A DNA stretch of 64,000 nucleotides from Clostridia bacterium (GTDB taxonomy: Bacteria > Bacillota > Clostridia > UMGS1883 > UMGS1540), in contig JAZSIR010000016.1 of assembly GCA_045533905.1 (NCBI GenBank), forward strand, positions 9,803 through 73,802, given 5' to 3'. The notes beneath the pieces were generated by a model that was given only the letters and a program-made list of their open reading frames with translations, was not told the DNA's origin and searched no databases. Of this stretch, positions 1 to 9,132 are shown piece by piece. Made by a program: the position numbers and the translations under genes. How positions within the stretch are numbered: position 1 is the first letter of the stretch; every line of letters starts with the position of its first letter.

Positions 1-677
1 ACGCGGCGGGCGACCGCGCCTTTAGCTTTGCCCGAAAACCGGGCGCGGACACGAAGCTTTCCTGGGAGGATGTGGACACCGATATGCTGGATGCGGCGAA
101 GGTAGTACACTTTGGAACGCTGAGCCTTACGGACGAACCGGCGAAAACCGCCACGAAAGAAACGATTGCCTACGCAAAAGAGCATGGCAAACTCGTAACC
201 TTTGACCCGAATCTTCGAAAACCGCTTTGGCGGAGTATGGAGGAAGCAAAAGAAGCGATGCTTTGGGGTCTTACCGTGGCGGATGTAGTGAAGATTAGCG
301 ATGAAGAAGTGGAATTTCTCTGGAATGTAAGGCCTGAGGAGGGCGCGGAGAAACTCCTTTCGGAATATGGCGTGCGGCTTGCGATGGTAACGCGCGGCAA
401 AAACGGATGCATTCTCAAAAACAGGAGGGCGGAGGTGCGCATCCATAGTCCGCACGTAGCGCCTATCGATACCACAGGCGCAGGCGATATCTTCGGCGGC
501 AGCGCCCTTTCACGCATTTTAGAGCTTTCGAAGGATGTGTCACTTCTTGACGAAGAAGACCTTCTTTATATCGGCCGTTTTGCCACGGCGGCGGCAAGCC
601 TTTCTACGGAACGCGCAGGGGGCATACCGAGTATCCCTCCTAAAGATGAAGTGCTTACTTGTATGGAAAAAATATAA
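1..677 (+). CDS. PfkB-family carbohydrate kinase (fructokinase-like), 5'-partial; the frame is open from nt 3
   Basis: C-terminal DTTGAGDIFGG motif (PfkB signature 2); continuous reading frame from the window edge to the stop at 675-677. Confidence 0.75.
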   Translation, partial: AAGDRAFSFARKPGADTKLSWEDVDTDMLDAAKVVHFGTLSLTDEPAKTATKETIAYAKEHGKLVTFDPNLRKPLWRSMEEAKEAMLWGLTVADVVKISDEEVEFLWNVRPEEGAEKLLSEYGVRLAMVTRGKNGCILKNRRAEVRIHSPHVAPIDTTGAGDIFGGSALSRILELSKDVSLLDEEDLLYIGRFATAAASLSTERAGGIPSIPPKDEVLTCMEKI

Positions 678-714
678 AAAGAGGCTGAAAACATATGTTT
701 TCAGCCTCTTTTCT
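676..714. terminator. bidirectional rho-independent terminator between the kinase and the convergent AraC gene
   Basis: AAAAAGAGGCTGAAAAC-atat-GTTTTCAGCCTCTTTT hairpin flanked by A/T runs. Confidence 0.8.
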
Positions 715-1582
715 ACTTCGAAGAGGAACGCCTTGCAAGCTCGCGGTAGGCAAGCGGCGTCATAAGTTGCGCACGCTTAAAAACCTGAATAAAATACGAG
801 GGACTTTCAAAACCGCAGGCGACGCTTACTTCTTGCACCGATTTTCCGGCTGACAGCAGAAGACAGGCGTTGGAAATGCGCACGGCATTTAAGTAGTTAA
901 AGTATGTCATCCCCGTGAGGGATTTAAAAACGCTGCAAAAATGGTGTTTGCTGTAGCCCATAAAAGCCGCCACATCATCGAGCTTGATTTTTTCGTGGAA
1001 GTGTGCATCCGTCCACGAAACAAGTGCCTGCAAACCGGCATTATTTAAAGACGGAGGTGCCTCGGAAGACTTTTCGGCTTCATAGAGCGTGAAGTGGTGC
1101 ACAAGGCTTAAAAGCGTGGGAATGCAAAACGCTAAATCTGCATCGTTTTCTATAAGCGTATTTAAAAACTTCCGGCATCCGTCATAGTCGGGGCATATGC
1201 GCACGGCTTCCTCAATACTGCAGCTGAAAAGCGAAAAATAACGGTCAAGGTTCATGTAATGGGCAAAATGCGGCAGGCTGATTTTCAGCACTATCATTTC
1301 ACCGCTACATGCGCGGATGTCATTCGAATGTACAATCTTCGGAGGAATAATAAACACCTGTTTTCCGCCGAGCTCGTATGTGGTGTCTTCAATAAAAAGT
1401 GTGCCCGAAAGGTTTTCGCAAAACAGAATTTCGATAGCCTTTGCATAGTGAAGTGGCACAATGTCATTTGACGGGAACCGCTTAAAGCAGATGCTGTAAG
1501 GCGCCTCAAGGGAAAAAACATCTTGTTCCTCAAAGGTGTTTGGCCTTTTGAGACAGTCATAATCGTATGAAATTTTGTTCAT
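713..1582 (-). CDS. AraC-family transcriptional regulator (N-terminal sensor domain plus C-terminal HTH)
   Basis: C-terminal AraC HTH (…SVFKSLTGMTYFNYLNAVRISNACLLL…FESPSYFIQVFKR). The ORF track extends to 1999, but GGAGG-N-ATG at 1580-1582 (MNKISYDYD…) is the likely start. Confidence 0.75.
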   Translation of the reverse strand: MNKISYDYDCLKRPNTFEEQDVFSLEAPYSICFKRFPSNDIVPLHYAKAIEILFCENLSGTLFIEDTTYELGGKQVFIIPPKIVHSNDIRACSGEMIVLKISLPHFAHYMNLDRYFSLFSCSIEEAVRICPDYDGCRKFLNTLIENDADLAFCIPTLLSLVHHFTLYEAEKSSEAPPSLNNAGLQALVSWTDAHFHEKIKLDDVAAFMGYSKHHFCSVFKSLTGMTYFNYLNAVRISNACLLLSAGKSVQEVSVACGFESPSYFIQVFKRAQLMTPLAYRELARRSSSK

Positions 1583-1795
1583 GCCACTTCCTCCTCTCGC
1601 GCATCTTACTAAAAGTATAGCACTTCTCGCTGCAAAAAGCAAGAAACTTTCGCAAAAGACAAGCGCCACGCGATATCGCGCCGAATTTAAACGGGAATAG
1701 TATTGACAAAATGGGAGAAATATGGTACAATACCAGAAACGAAAGAGAATTAAAAGCGGAAGAAAACAAAACGAAACTAAAATAGGAGGGAAAGT

Positions 1796-2497
1796 ATGTA
1801 TAAAGGTATCACAATTAAACCGCCGTTTTTCGAAGTAGGCCCCAAGGCATATCTCTACGGAGAGGAAATGCTGGCGCTTGCAAAGGTAATTGATAAAACG
1901 GCCATGAAATATGATGTAGACGTTATTGTAACGCCGCAGTACACCGATATTAAACTTCTTGCGGATAACACCGAGAGAATTTTGGTGTTTGCACAGCATA
2001 TGGATTCTCTGCCGATCGGCCGTGGCCTTGGCAGCGTTTTACCGGAAGCCGTAAAGGCGGCAGGTGCTGTGGGCGTTATGTTAAACCATGCAGAAAAGCC
2101 GATTTCTTTTGAAGAAATTGAAAAAACCATCAGGCGTGCCGACGAAGTGGGCCTTGCCACCATCGTTTGTGCCGACACGGTAGAAGATGTAAAGGCCATT
2201 GCCAAAATGGGCCCGAACCTCATCGTAGCCGAGCCGACAGACCTTATCGGCACCGGCCAGACGAGTGATTCAAACTACGTGCTCGACACGATCCGCACCG
2301 TAAACGAAATCAATCCTGATATTATGGTACTGCAGGGCGCAGGCATTTCGAACGGTCAGGACGTATATAACACCATAAAGCTTGGCGCACAGGCCACGGG
2401 CTCTACAAGCGGCATTATCAAAGCGGCGGATCCCTATGCTATGGTAGAAGAAATGCTTTACAATCTCAGAAAGGCATGGGACGAACTTCACAAATGA
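1796..2497 (+). CDS. archaeal-type triosephosphate isomerase family protein
   Basis: Blocks VFAQHMD…VLPEAVKAAGAVGVMLNHAEK, IRRADEVGLATIVCA, IVAEPTDLIGTG and VLQGAGISNGQDV match archaeal TIM; catalytic K (VGPKAY), H (LNHAEK) and E (AEPTD) are present; RBS GGAGGGAAAG upstream. Confidence 0.7.
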   Translation: MYKGITIKPPFFEVGPKAYLYGEEMLALAKVIDKTAMKYDVDVIVTPQYTDIKLLADNTERILVFAQHMDSLPIGRGLGSVLPEAVKAAGAVGVMLNHAEKPISFEEIEKTIRRADEVGLATIVCADTVEDVKAIAKMGPNLIVAEPTDLIGTGQTSDSNYVLDTIRTVNEINPDIMVLQGAGISNGQDVYNTIKLGAQATGSTSGIIKAADPYAMVEEMLYNLRKAWDELHK

Positions 2498-3090
2498 GAG
2501 AAGAAGCGAAAGCGGCGGCTATAAACGCATATAAAATTGAAAGTGAATGCCTTATGGAAATGCTTTCGTATTTTGATGAGGACGCGTTTTCAAAGGCAGT
2601 AGAGCTTCTTGCGGGTGCTACGCGCATCGGCACCTGCGGTTGCGGCCATTCCGGCATTATGTGCCAGCATTTCTCGCACCTACTTTGCTGCATTGAGCGC
2701 CCTTCGCGCTTTATTTCGCCGGCAGAAGCCGTGCACGGCGCAACAGGCTTTTTAGAGGCGGGGGACGTAATGGTATTCGCTTCCCGCGGCGGCAAAACGA
2801 AAGAGCTTTTGCCGATTATGGAAATCTGCAAAAAGAAAAATGTGAAAACGATTACCATCACGGAAAATCTCGAATCTCCGCTCGCACTCGATGCCGATGT
2901 TGTGTTAAAGCAGTACGTTAATCGCGAAACTGATAAGTACAATGCACAAGGCACAACCTCATCCACCGCGCTTTGCATGATTTTCCATGCACTGCAGACG
3001 GCGCTGATTGAGGAAACCGATTACCAAAATGAACAATTTGCCTTAATCCATCCCGGCGGGGCCGTGGGGGAAAGGCTAAATAAAAAATAG
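2476..3090 (+). CDS. single SIS-domain sugar-phosphate isomerase (KpsF/GutQ-N or 6-phospho-3-hexuloisomerase-like)
   Basis: SIS motifs G(T)CGCGHSG…GDVMVFASRGGKTKE…ITITENLESPLALDADVVL, HPGGAVGERL. Alternative start ATG 2494 overlaps the upstream stop (ATGA). Confidence 0.7.
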   Translation: MGRTSQMREEAKAAAINAYKIESECLMEMLSYFDEDAFSKAVELLAGATRIGTCGCGHSGIMCQHFSHLLCCIERPSRFISPAEAVHGATGFLEAGDVMVFASRGGKTKELLPIMEICKKKNVKTITITENLESPLALDADVVLKQYVNRETDKYNAQGTTSSTALCMIFHALQTALIEETDYQNEQFALIHPGGAVGERLNKK

Positions 3091-3102
3091 GAGGAAAGAA
3101 AA

Positions 3103-3723
3103 ATGGAATTTAAAGTGTATCAGAAAGAACTGGAATTACAATCGAGAGGTTGGATTCCCACATTTCACGATGTGTCGAAGGAAATTATCGAAATCGTAAA
3201 GGCTTCCGGCGTTAAGAACGGTACTGTATGTATCGCTTCCCACCACACCACCTGCTCTGTTATGATTCAGGAATGCTCGCACGATATCGATTCTTTTGAC
3301 CTCGAATTTTTGCAGCATGACCTTCTCGACATCATGCGCAAAATGATTCCGGACTTTGCAGAAGAACATCAGTACCGTCATCCGGGCCCGATTCACGCAC
3401 AGTTCGGCAGATACGTAAACGAACCCGGCGACTACACCAGTATGAACACAGACGGTCACCTTCGCAGCGTTTTCTTCGGCAGAAGCGAAACGATGACGAT
3501 TAAGGACGGCGTCCTCGATGGCGGCGAATTTGCCCACATCTACTTCATCGACTGGGACCATGTACGCGCCCGTCGCCGTCAGCTCAATGTAACCGTTATG
3601 GGTACCACAGAGGATGTAGAAGACAGAAAGTGGAATAACGGCGAAGTGATCAACACACTCCACAAGTACACCGACGAAGAAAAGGCATACGATGTGCACT
3701 ACGATCTGCAGCTGAAGAGATAA
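3103..3723 (+). CDS. YjbQ/UPF0047-family protein (secondary thiamine-phosphate synthase-like), extended form
   Basis: Collinear similarity to YjbQ: YQKELELQSRGW…, HHTTCSVMIQE, GHLRSVFFGRSETMTIKDGVLDGGEFAHIYFIDWD; RBS AGGAGGAAAG. Confidence 0.6.
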   Translation: MEFKVYQKELELQSRGWIPTFHDVSKEIIEIVKASGVKNGTVCIASHHTTCSVMIQECSHDIDSFDLEFLQHDLLDIMRKMIPDFAEEHQYRHPGPIHAQFGRYVNEPGDYTSMNTDGHLRSVFFGRSETMTIKDGVLDGGEFAHIYFIDWDHVRARRRQLNVTVMGTTEDVEDRKWNNGEVINTLHKYTDEEKAYDVHYDLQLKR

Positions 3724-3734
3724 CAGAAGAAATC

Positions 3735-3767
3735 AAAAAGAGCTCTCGAATTTTCGAGAGCTCTTTA
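3735..3767. terminator. bidirectional terminator
   Basis: AAAAAGAGCTCTCGAA/TTTTCGAGAGCTCTTT perfect hairpin. Confidence 0.8.
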
Positions 3768-3777
3768 TATTTGCTTT

Positions 3778-4473
3778 TTAGATGATGCGCCGTGCCGCAT
3801 ACAGCGTGCGGTTGGCCATACTGTCGATACTGATTGTTCTGCCCGTTTGCGGCGCGTGGATGTACTGGTTATTTCCTACATAGATGCCCACATGGCCTGC
3901 ACTGCGGAAGAAGACAAGGTCGCCGGGGGCGAGGTTTGCGCGGGAAACAGAACGTCCCATCGCAATCTGCGAGTAGGTTGTACGCGGCAGATAGATGCCG
4001 AAATGGCGGAATACATACTGCACAAAGCCGCTGCAGTCAAAGCCTGCGGGCGTGGTGCCACCCCAAACGTAGGGAACACCGAGGAAGTTCTTCGAGTATG
4101 CAATAATCTGCGAAGCGAGCGAGGCATTCGGTGCTGCTGTATACGAACCGGAGGAAGAGGAACTCCTACCCGAGGAGGAACGTGCTACCGGTGTCGGATC
4201 GGGAACAAGGCTTCTGTCAAAAACGATTAAATCCTTGTGCACATATCCGATCTTGTCTTCAATACGGACTTTGCACCAGGAACCTTCTGTGGTGATAACG
4301 GTGACGGGATCTGCAAGATAAATTTCAGTCAGAATTTTCGCGTCCATCGCCGGCACCTGGCGGACGTTGATAACATCGCCTGCCGCAAAGCCGGTGGTAT
4401 CGGCGAGGGCGGTAAATCCGAAAAGAAGCATACCGGCCACAAATAAAACTAGGAAAACGGCAAATTTTTTCAT
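3778..4473 (-). CDS. secreted SH3b-domain NlpC/P60 peptidoglycan endopeptidase
   Basis: Signal peptide MKKFAVFLVLFVAG…; NlpC/P60 core GVPYVWGGTTPAGFDCSGFV…GDLVFF…GHVGIY…YIHAP. Confidence 0.85.
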   Translation of the reverse strand: MKKFAVFLVLFVAGMLLFGFTALADTTGFAAGDVINVRQVPAMDAKILTEIYLADPVTVITTEGSWCKVRIEDKIGYVHKDLIVFDRSLVPDPTPVARSSSGRSSSSSGSYTAAPNASLASQIIAYSKNFLGVPYVWGGTTPAGFDCSGFVQYVFRHFGIYLPRTTYSQIAMGRSVSRANLAPGDLVFFRSAGHVGIYVGNNQYIHAPQTGRTISIDSMANRTLYAARRII

Positions 4474-4540
4474 AAAAACCTCCGTAGAAAACCAAGATGC
4501 ATTTTAGTATACCATACCTTTTAAGGCTTGTCAAATCAGA

Positions 4541-5158
4541 TTAGAAAAGGCGGCGTACTGTCGAAATCGGTCGGTTTAAGGGATCGACGGAAACACTGCG
4601 GCCTGTCTGCGGCGCGTGGATATATGTACCGTTTCCGGCGTAGATGCCTACATGGCCGCCGCCGCGGAAAACGATAAGGTCACCGATCTGCATATCTTCG
4701 ATGCTTACGGGTGTGCCCGAGTACATCTGCGAATAGGATGTACGCGGAAGAGATACGCCAAAGTTTGCATATACATATTTGGTGAAACCGCTGCAGTCAA
4801 AGCCGTAAGGGGAGGAACCACCGTATACATATGGAACGCCGAGGAAGCTTTTGGCGTATTCCAAAACAGCATCGCCCATAGTAGCTGCAGCCGTCTCGGC
4901 GGCCTCATCGGGTGTTACGGAGACATAGTTTCCGTAAATGTAACCGGTTTTGTCACCCATAAGAATGCGACACCAGCCACTTTCATAGCCGACAACCGTA
5001 ACATTCTCGCCGTAGAAAAGCTGACCTATAACGCCGGCGCCGGGTGCTTCGCGCACATTCAGAACGCTTGCTGTAACCGTGCCGGTATCCGCCAGAGCGG
5101 CGGTGGATGTAAATAAAACGATAGCGGCAGTCAGTACCGCACAAACTTGCTTTTTCAT
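4541..5158 (-). CDS. secreted SH3b-domain NlpC/P60 peptidoglycan endopeptidase (paralog)
   Basis: Signal peptide; GVPYVYGGSSPYGFDCSGF…GDLIVF…GHVGIYAG…YIHAP. Confidence 0.85.
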   Translation of the reverse strand: MKKQVCAVLTAAIVLFTSTAALADTGTVTASVLNVREAPGAGVIGQLFYGENVTVVGYESGWCRILMGDKTGYIYGNYVSVTPDEAAETAAATMGDAVLEYAKSFLGVPYVYGGSSPYGFDCSGFTKYVYANFGVSLPRTSYSQMYSGTPVSIEDMQIGDLIVFRGGGHVGIYAGNGTYIHAPQTGRSVSVDPLNRPISTVRRLF

Positions 5159-5422
5159 AAAAAGTCCTTTCTTTTTGCTGAAGAAATTTGCGCCAGTTTC
5201 TCATTCAACAAGCTTAAGTATAACACAAATATTTCATTTTGTCAAACTTTTTTAACAATTTATTCAATTTGAGCCAAACAAATTGTAGGGAATAACGAGA
5301 GAAATTCCCATAAAACGGGCGTTTTGGTGTAAAAAAGCAAAAATAAAAATGTAATAATTTATGTCTTGTAATTTTGTGAAATTTTTGGTATGCTATAAGA
5401 AAACGAGAGAAAGAGGAAGCGT

Positions 5423-6409
5423 ATGGCATATATATTAGGAATAGAATCCTCCTGCGATGAAACAGCGGCCTCCGTTACGCTTGACGGGCGCACCGTTTTA
5501 AGCGACGTTGTATATTCGCAGGCAGACATACATAAAAAATATGGTGGCGTAGTGCCGGAGATTGCTTCCCGCAATCATATTCTGTCTGTAACGCAGGTTA
5601 TTGAGGAAGCGATTGAGAAGGCAGGCATTAAAAAGGAAGAACTGGATGCTGTGGCCGTCACGGTGCGCCCGGGTCTTATCGGGGCGCTCCTTGTGGGACT
5701 TTCTGCAGCAAAGGGGTTTGCATATGCTCTTGGGAAACCGCTTGTCCCTGTAAATCATCTGCACGGGCATATTGCCGCAAATTATATTGCGCATCCGAAG
5801 CTCCGGCCGCCTTTTATTTGCCTTGTCGCTTCCGGCGGCCACAGCCACGTGGTACGCGTAACGGACTATAATCAGTTTACCGTACTCGGCGCTACGATGG
5901 ATGATGCCGCAGGCGAAGCCTTTGATAAGGTGGCAAGAGTACTCGGCCTTGGTTATCCCGGCGGTCCGCTTGTAAGCGCGTGCGCCGAAGGCGGGAAGGC
6001 AAGTATTGCATTTCCGCGTCCGATACAGGGGCTTGATTTCAGTTTCAGCGGCGTGAAAACGGCCGTAATTAATTATGTACACCGCGCCGAGCAAAAGGGG
6101 GAACCGATTATAAAAGAAGATATCGCAGCTTCTTTTGAAACTGCGATTGTGGATGTCCTCCGGACGGTTACGATGGAAGCCGCCAAAAGGGAAGGTATTT
6201 CCAAAATTGCGCTTGCCGGTGGCGTTGCGGCAAATAAATGCCTTAGGAAAGCACTTTTGGAGGCGGCGGAAAAGGAAGGCATGCAAATGTATATGCCGCC
6301 ACTGCCGCTTTGTACCGACAACGGCGCAATGATCTCCTGCGCCGGCTATTATGCCTATCGCGCAGGCGCGCGCGGAGATCTTTCCCAGAACGCTTTCGCA
6401 TCTTTATAA
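5423..6409 (+). CDS. tsaD: tRNA N6-adenosine threonylcarbamoyltransferase TsaD
   Basis: MAYILGIESSCDETAASV…, Kae1/TsaD family; RBS AAGAGGAAG. Confidence 0.9.
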   Translation: MAYILGIESSCDETAASVTLDGRTVLSDVVYSQADIHKKYGGVVPEIASRNHILSVTQVIEEAIEKAGIKKEELDAVAVTVRPGLIGALLVGLSAAKGFAYALGKPLVPVNHLHGHIAANYIAHPKLRPPFICLVASGGHSHVVRVTDYNQFTVLGATMDDAAGEAFDKVARVLGLGYPGGPLVSACAEGGKASIAFPRPIQGLDFSFSGVKTAVINYVHRAEQKGEPIIKEDIAASFETAIVDVLRTVTMEAAKREGISKIALAGGVAANKCLRKALLEAAEKEGMQMYMPPLPLCTDNGAMISCAGYYAYRAGARGDLSQNAFASL

Positions 6410-6416
6410 GACCAGT

Positions 6417-6458
6417 AAAAGGGGCCCGAATTCGCAAAAACCGAATGGGGCCCCTTAT
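6417..6458 (+). terminator. rho-independent terminator after tsaD
   Basis: AAAAGGGGCCC…GGGGCCCCTT hairpin followed by a T-rich run. Confidence 0.75.
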
Positions 6459-6485
6459 ATATAAACAGCCGGGCTGTACAGTACA

Positions 6486-7247
6486 GTGTATGAAAGGAAG
6501 GGAGAAACCGTGACCGCTATGCACGAAATCATAAAAACGCCAAACCTGCCGGAAAAACCGGTAACTTTGGCCGTTTCGGCTGTGCCCATCGAGGGCGTCC
6601 GGTGCATTACGCCGCCCTGCCTTTCTTTTTTGCCGTCGGCGATGGGACGGCATGCGGACCTGCAGCTTTGCCACCTTGGCGGCAGTTTTATTCTGGCCGC
6701 GCCCGAGGTGTTCTCTTTTTATGAAGAAACCCTTTCGCCGTATGGCTTTTCCGTACTTTGCGGTGAAACCCATTTGCAAAGTACCTACCCGGGGGATGCC
6801 GCATATACTATAGCGAGAATTGGGAATGTGGCCATTCATAACCCCGAAATTACGGATCCTGTGGCGCTTCGCTTTTTTGAAAAGCACGGCATTTCCGTCA
6901 TTCCGGTGCGGCAGGGGTATGCCAAATGTATGGTGGTGCCCGTGGATGAAACCTCGCTGATTACGGCTGACCGGGGCGTTGCCCGCGCGGCCCGCGCGGC
7001 GGGCCTTTCTGTTTTGGAAATTGCAGAGGGCGGCGTGGAACTTTCCGGCTTTCCGTATGGATTTTTAGGCGGGGCATCCGGAAAAACGGCGGCAGATACG
7101 CTTTTTTTCACCGGAAAAATTTCTGCACACCCTTCATATGCAAATATTAAAAATTTTTTAGACGAAAGAGGCATAAAAATCAGAGAAGGACGCATTCCTA
7201 TATCCGTAGACATCGGTTCTGTCCTGCCGCTTGTGACGACAGGATAG
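6486..7247 (+). CDS. hypothetical protein (conserved DUF-type, function unknown)
   Basis: Long ORF with good codon usage; GGGAG RBS before GTG 6510 / ATG 6519 (alternative starts); no motif I recognise. Confidence 0.6.
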   Translation: MYERKGETVTAMHEIIKTPNLPEKPVTLAVSAVPIEGVRCITPPCLSFLPSAMGRHADLQLCHLGGSFILAAPEVFSFYEETLSPYGFSVLCGETHLQSTYPGDAAYTIARIGNVAIHNPEITDPVALRFFEKHGISVIPVRQGYAKCMVVPVDETSLITADRGVARAARAAGLSVLEIAEGGVELSGFPYGFLGGASGKTAADTLFFTGKISAHPSYANIKNFLDERGIKIREGRIPISVDIGSVLPLVTTG

Positions 7248-7265
7248 AGGGAAAGGAGCAGGCGG

Positions 7266-8057
7266 ATGCCGCACAGTTTAACGGTTTTAGGGCATATTCC
7301 GGATGGGGATATGCCGGACGTTTGTGGCGTGGAAATAGAAAAGGATGCGGATGGTGTCACCTTTACCACCGCATCGGAGGATGATATGCGGCGGCTGAAA
7401 CGTATTCTCGCGGCGGAGATGGCCGAGAAAATTACAAAAGAACACGAGGAAAAAAGCCTTACGGCCTTCATCACGGCGGCACATCCCTATTTTCTGCCCG
7501 AGGAACGATGCGAAATTCTGGAGGCTGCCCGCACGGCAGTTTCCAAAACGCCGCCTGCCGTACGAACGGAATTTATCGAAAGACGGCTCTATCATTTTCT
7601 TTCGCATTCCTCCGTTCTTTCACTGGAAGGCTTTGTAAAGTTTCGTCTCAAAGAGTACACGGCACTACTGAAAAAGGCGGCAACTGCCGCGGTGGATGTG
7701 TATCTTGCCGAGAAAGAATATGCGGAATTTATTACGCTTTTGCAGCTTTTTATTTCCACAAGGGAATCGGGAATCGCGGCCATACACGTCCTTTGTGCGG
7801 ACGGGCAGTATGTCCTCTTTTCGGAAAGCGGTGAAAAGCTGCCCGAAAGTTTTGACGAGGATTTTTGGGGTGATGCGCCGCTTACGGAGGATGACCGCCT
7901 CCTCAGCACGCTTCTCACCCTTGTGCCGCAGAGAGTTATCTTTCACGGCCCCCTTGATATTTGGAATGTCCGTCTTCTTCATACAGTGATGCAGGTTTTC
8001 GAGGGCAGAGTGCATCTTTGCCATACGTGCGCTCTTTGCAAAAATCCGCGCTTGTGA
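7266..8057 (+). CDS. hypothetical protein, possibly a YtxC-like sporulation protein
   Basis: RBS GGAAAGGAG; size and composition fit the YtxC-like family, but I cannot verify the family assignment. Confidence 0.55.
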   Translation: MPHSLTVLGHIPDGDMPDVCGVEIEKDADGVTFTTASEDDMRRLKRILAAEMAEKITKEHEEKSLTAFITAAHPYFLPEERCEILEAARTAVSKTPPAVRTEFIERRLYHFLSHSSVLSLEGFVKFRLKEYTALLKKAATAAVDVYLAEKEYAEFITLLQLFISTRESGIAAIHVLCADGQYVLFSESGEKLPESFDEDFWGDAPLTEDDRLLSTLLTLVPQRVIFHGPLDIWNVRLLHTVMQVFEGRVHLCHTCALCKNPRL

Positions 8058-8125
8058 TAAAAAAAGCTTGCAACAGGAAGAAAAAAATGGTATAATAACC
8101 CTAATAAAAAACGGGAGGTTTTATC

Positions 8126-9097
8126 ATGAAAAAAATAGCAGGCATTTTAGCCGCCGTTCTTTTGGTCACAGCACTTGGCGGCTGTTATAAGTCCGAAACC
8201 ACGCTTGATTTCAATGCAAGCGGCGGTGTTGAGGTAACATCCGTGCTTCTGGCAAGCCCGGAAATGTATGAAGCAGCAGGCGTTGCTGATGCCGATGCCC
8301 TTATCGAGACCTTTTCGGAGGAAACACTCGATTTATATGCATCTATGTACGGGATGAAGGAAACAGGTGAGCGCATTGAAATGACGCGCGTGGATGCGGA
8401 AGAAGCAGGCATGAGCGGGGCACTCCTTCGTATGCAGTATAAAAACGTCACCGACCTTACAAGCTCCTTCACGCTTCTTAATTTCCTCCGTGCCACGCCG
8501 CTTGTAGAAGATGGCGCAGGAAACGGCCTCAAGATTGAAGAAGAACGCACACTCTTCGGTACCCGGTACACAGGCTCCGGCAAAATCAACCTGTTTGTAG
8601 GGGACGATTATAAGACGGAGTATGACACGGCAGACGAAGCTACCAAGGCAAAAATCAGCGAAGCCGCGGCAAGCATCACCTTCAAGTTCCCGTTGGCTTT
8701 CTCGAAGAGCAATGCGGATAAGGCCGGTCTTTTCGGAAGCTCTCTTACCTGGGCGGTAACGGCAGAAGCGCCCGAAAAAGAAGTATACTTTACCGCGACA
8801 GCCATAAATCCCGTGATTTTCGGTATGGCAATTGCGATTCTGATTCTCCTCATCGTGCTCATTGTGGTTCTGCGCAAGAAGAATGCCGGCCCCGATGCAT
8901 ATTTCATCGACGAAGAGGGGAATGCAATTCCCGTATTTGATGAAGAAGAGGAAGCTTTCGATGAGGAAGAAGAATTCGAACTCGAAGAAGGCGAGGCCGA
9001 GGAAGTTGTTTCTGAAGAAGAACTGACGGAAACGGAAGAAATTCCAGCGACAGAAAGCGAGGAAGAACCCTCCGCTGAAAGCGAAACAGAAGAATAA
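8126..9097 (+). CDS. lipoprotein with a C-terminal TM helix and poly-Glu cytoplasmic tail
   Basis: Lipobox LVTALGGC; TM VIFGMAIAILILLIVLIVVL; 60-aa acidic tail (EEEEAFDEEEEFELEEGEAEE…); RBS GGGAGG. Confidence 0.75.
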   Translation: MKKIAGILAAVLLVTALGGCYKSETTLDFNASGGVEVTSVLLASPEMYEAAGVADADALIETFSEETLDLYASMYGMKETGERIEMTRVDAEEAGMSGALLRMQYKNVTDLTSSFTLLNFLRATPLVEDGAGNGLKIEEERTLFGTRYTGSGKINLFVGDDYKTEYDTADEATKAKISEAAASITFKFPLAFSKSNADKAGLFGSSLTWAVTAEAPEKEVYFTATAINPVIFGMAIAILILLIVLIVVLRKKNAGPDAYFIDEEGNAIPVFDEEEEAFDEEEEFELEEGEAEEVVSEEELTETEEIPATESEEEPSAESETEE

Positions 9098-9102
9098 AAT
9101 AT

Positions 9103-9131
9103 AGAGGCTACCCTCGGGGTAGCCTCTTTCC
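9103..9131. terminator. bidirectional terminator
   Basis: AGAGGCTACCC-tcgg-GGGTAGCCTCT. Confidence 0.75.
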
Positions 9132-9132
9132 G

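Noticed and set aside
2476-2497. Start of the SIS gene at 2476 versus 2494
   Set aside because: Not resolved. ATG 2476 has a poorly spaced AGAAAGG, and ATG 2494 overlaps the upstream stop (ATGA), which suggests coupling. I report the longer ORF and flag the alternative.
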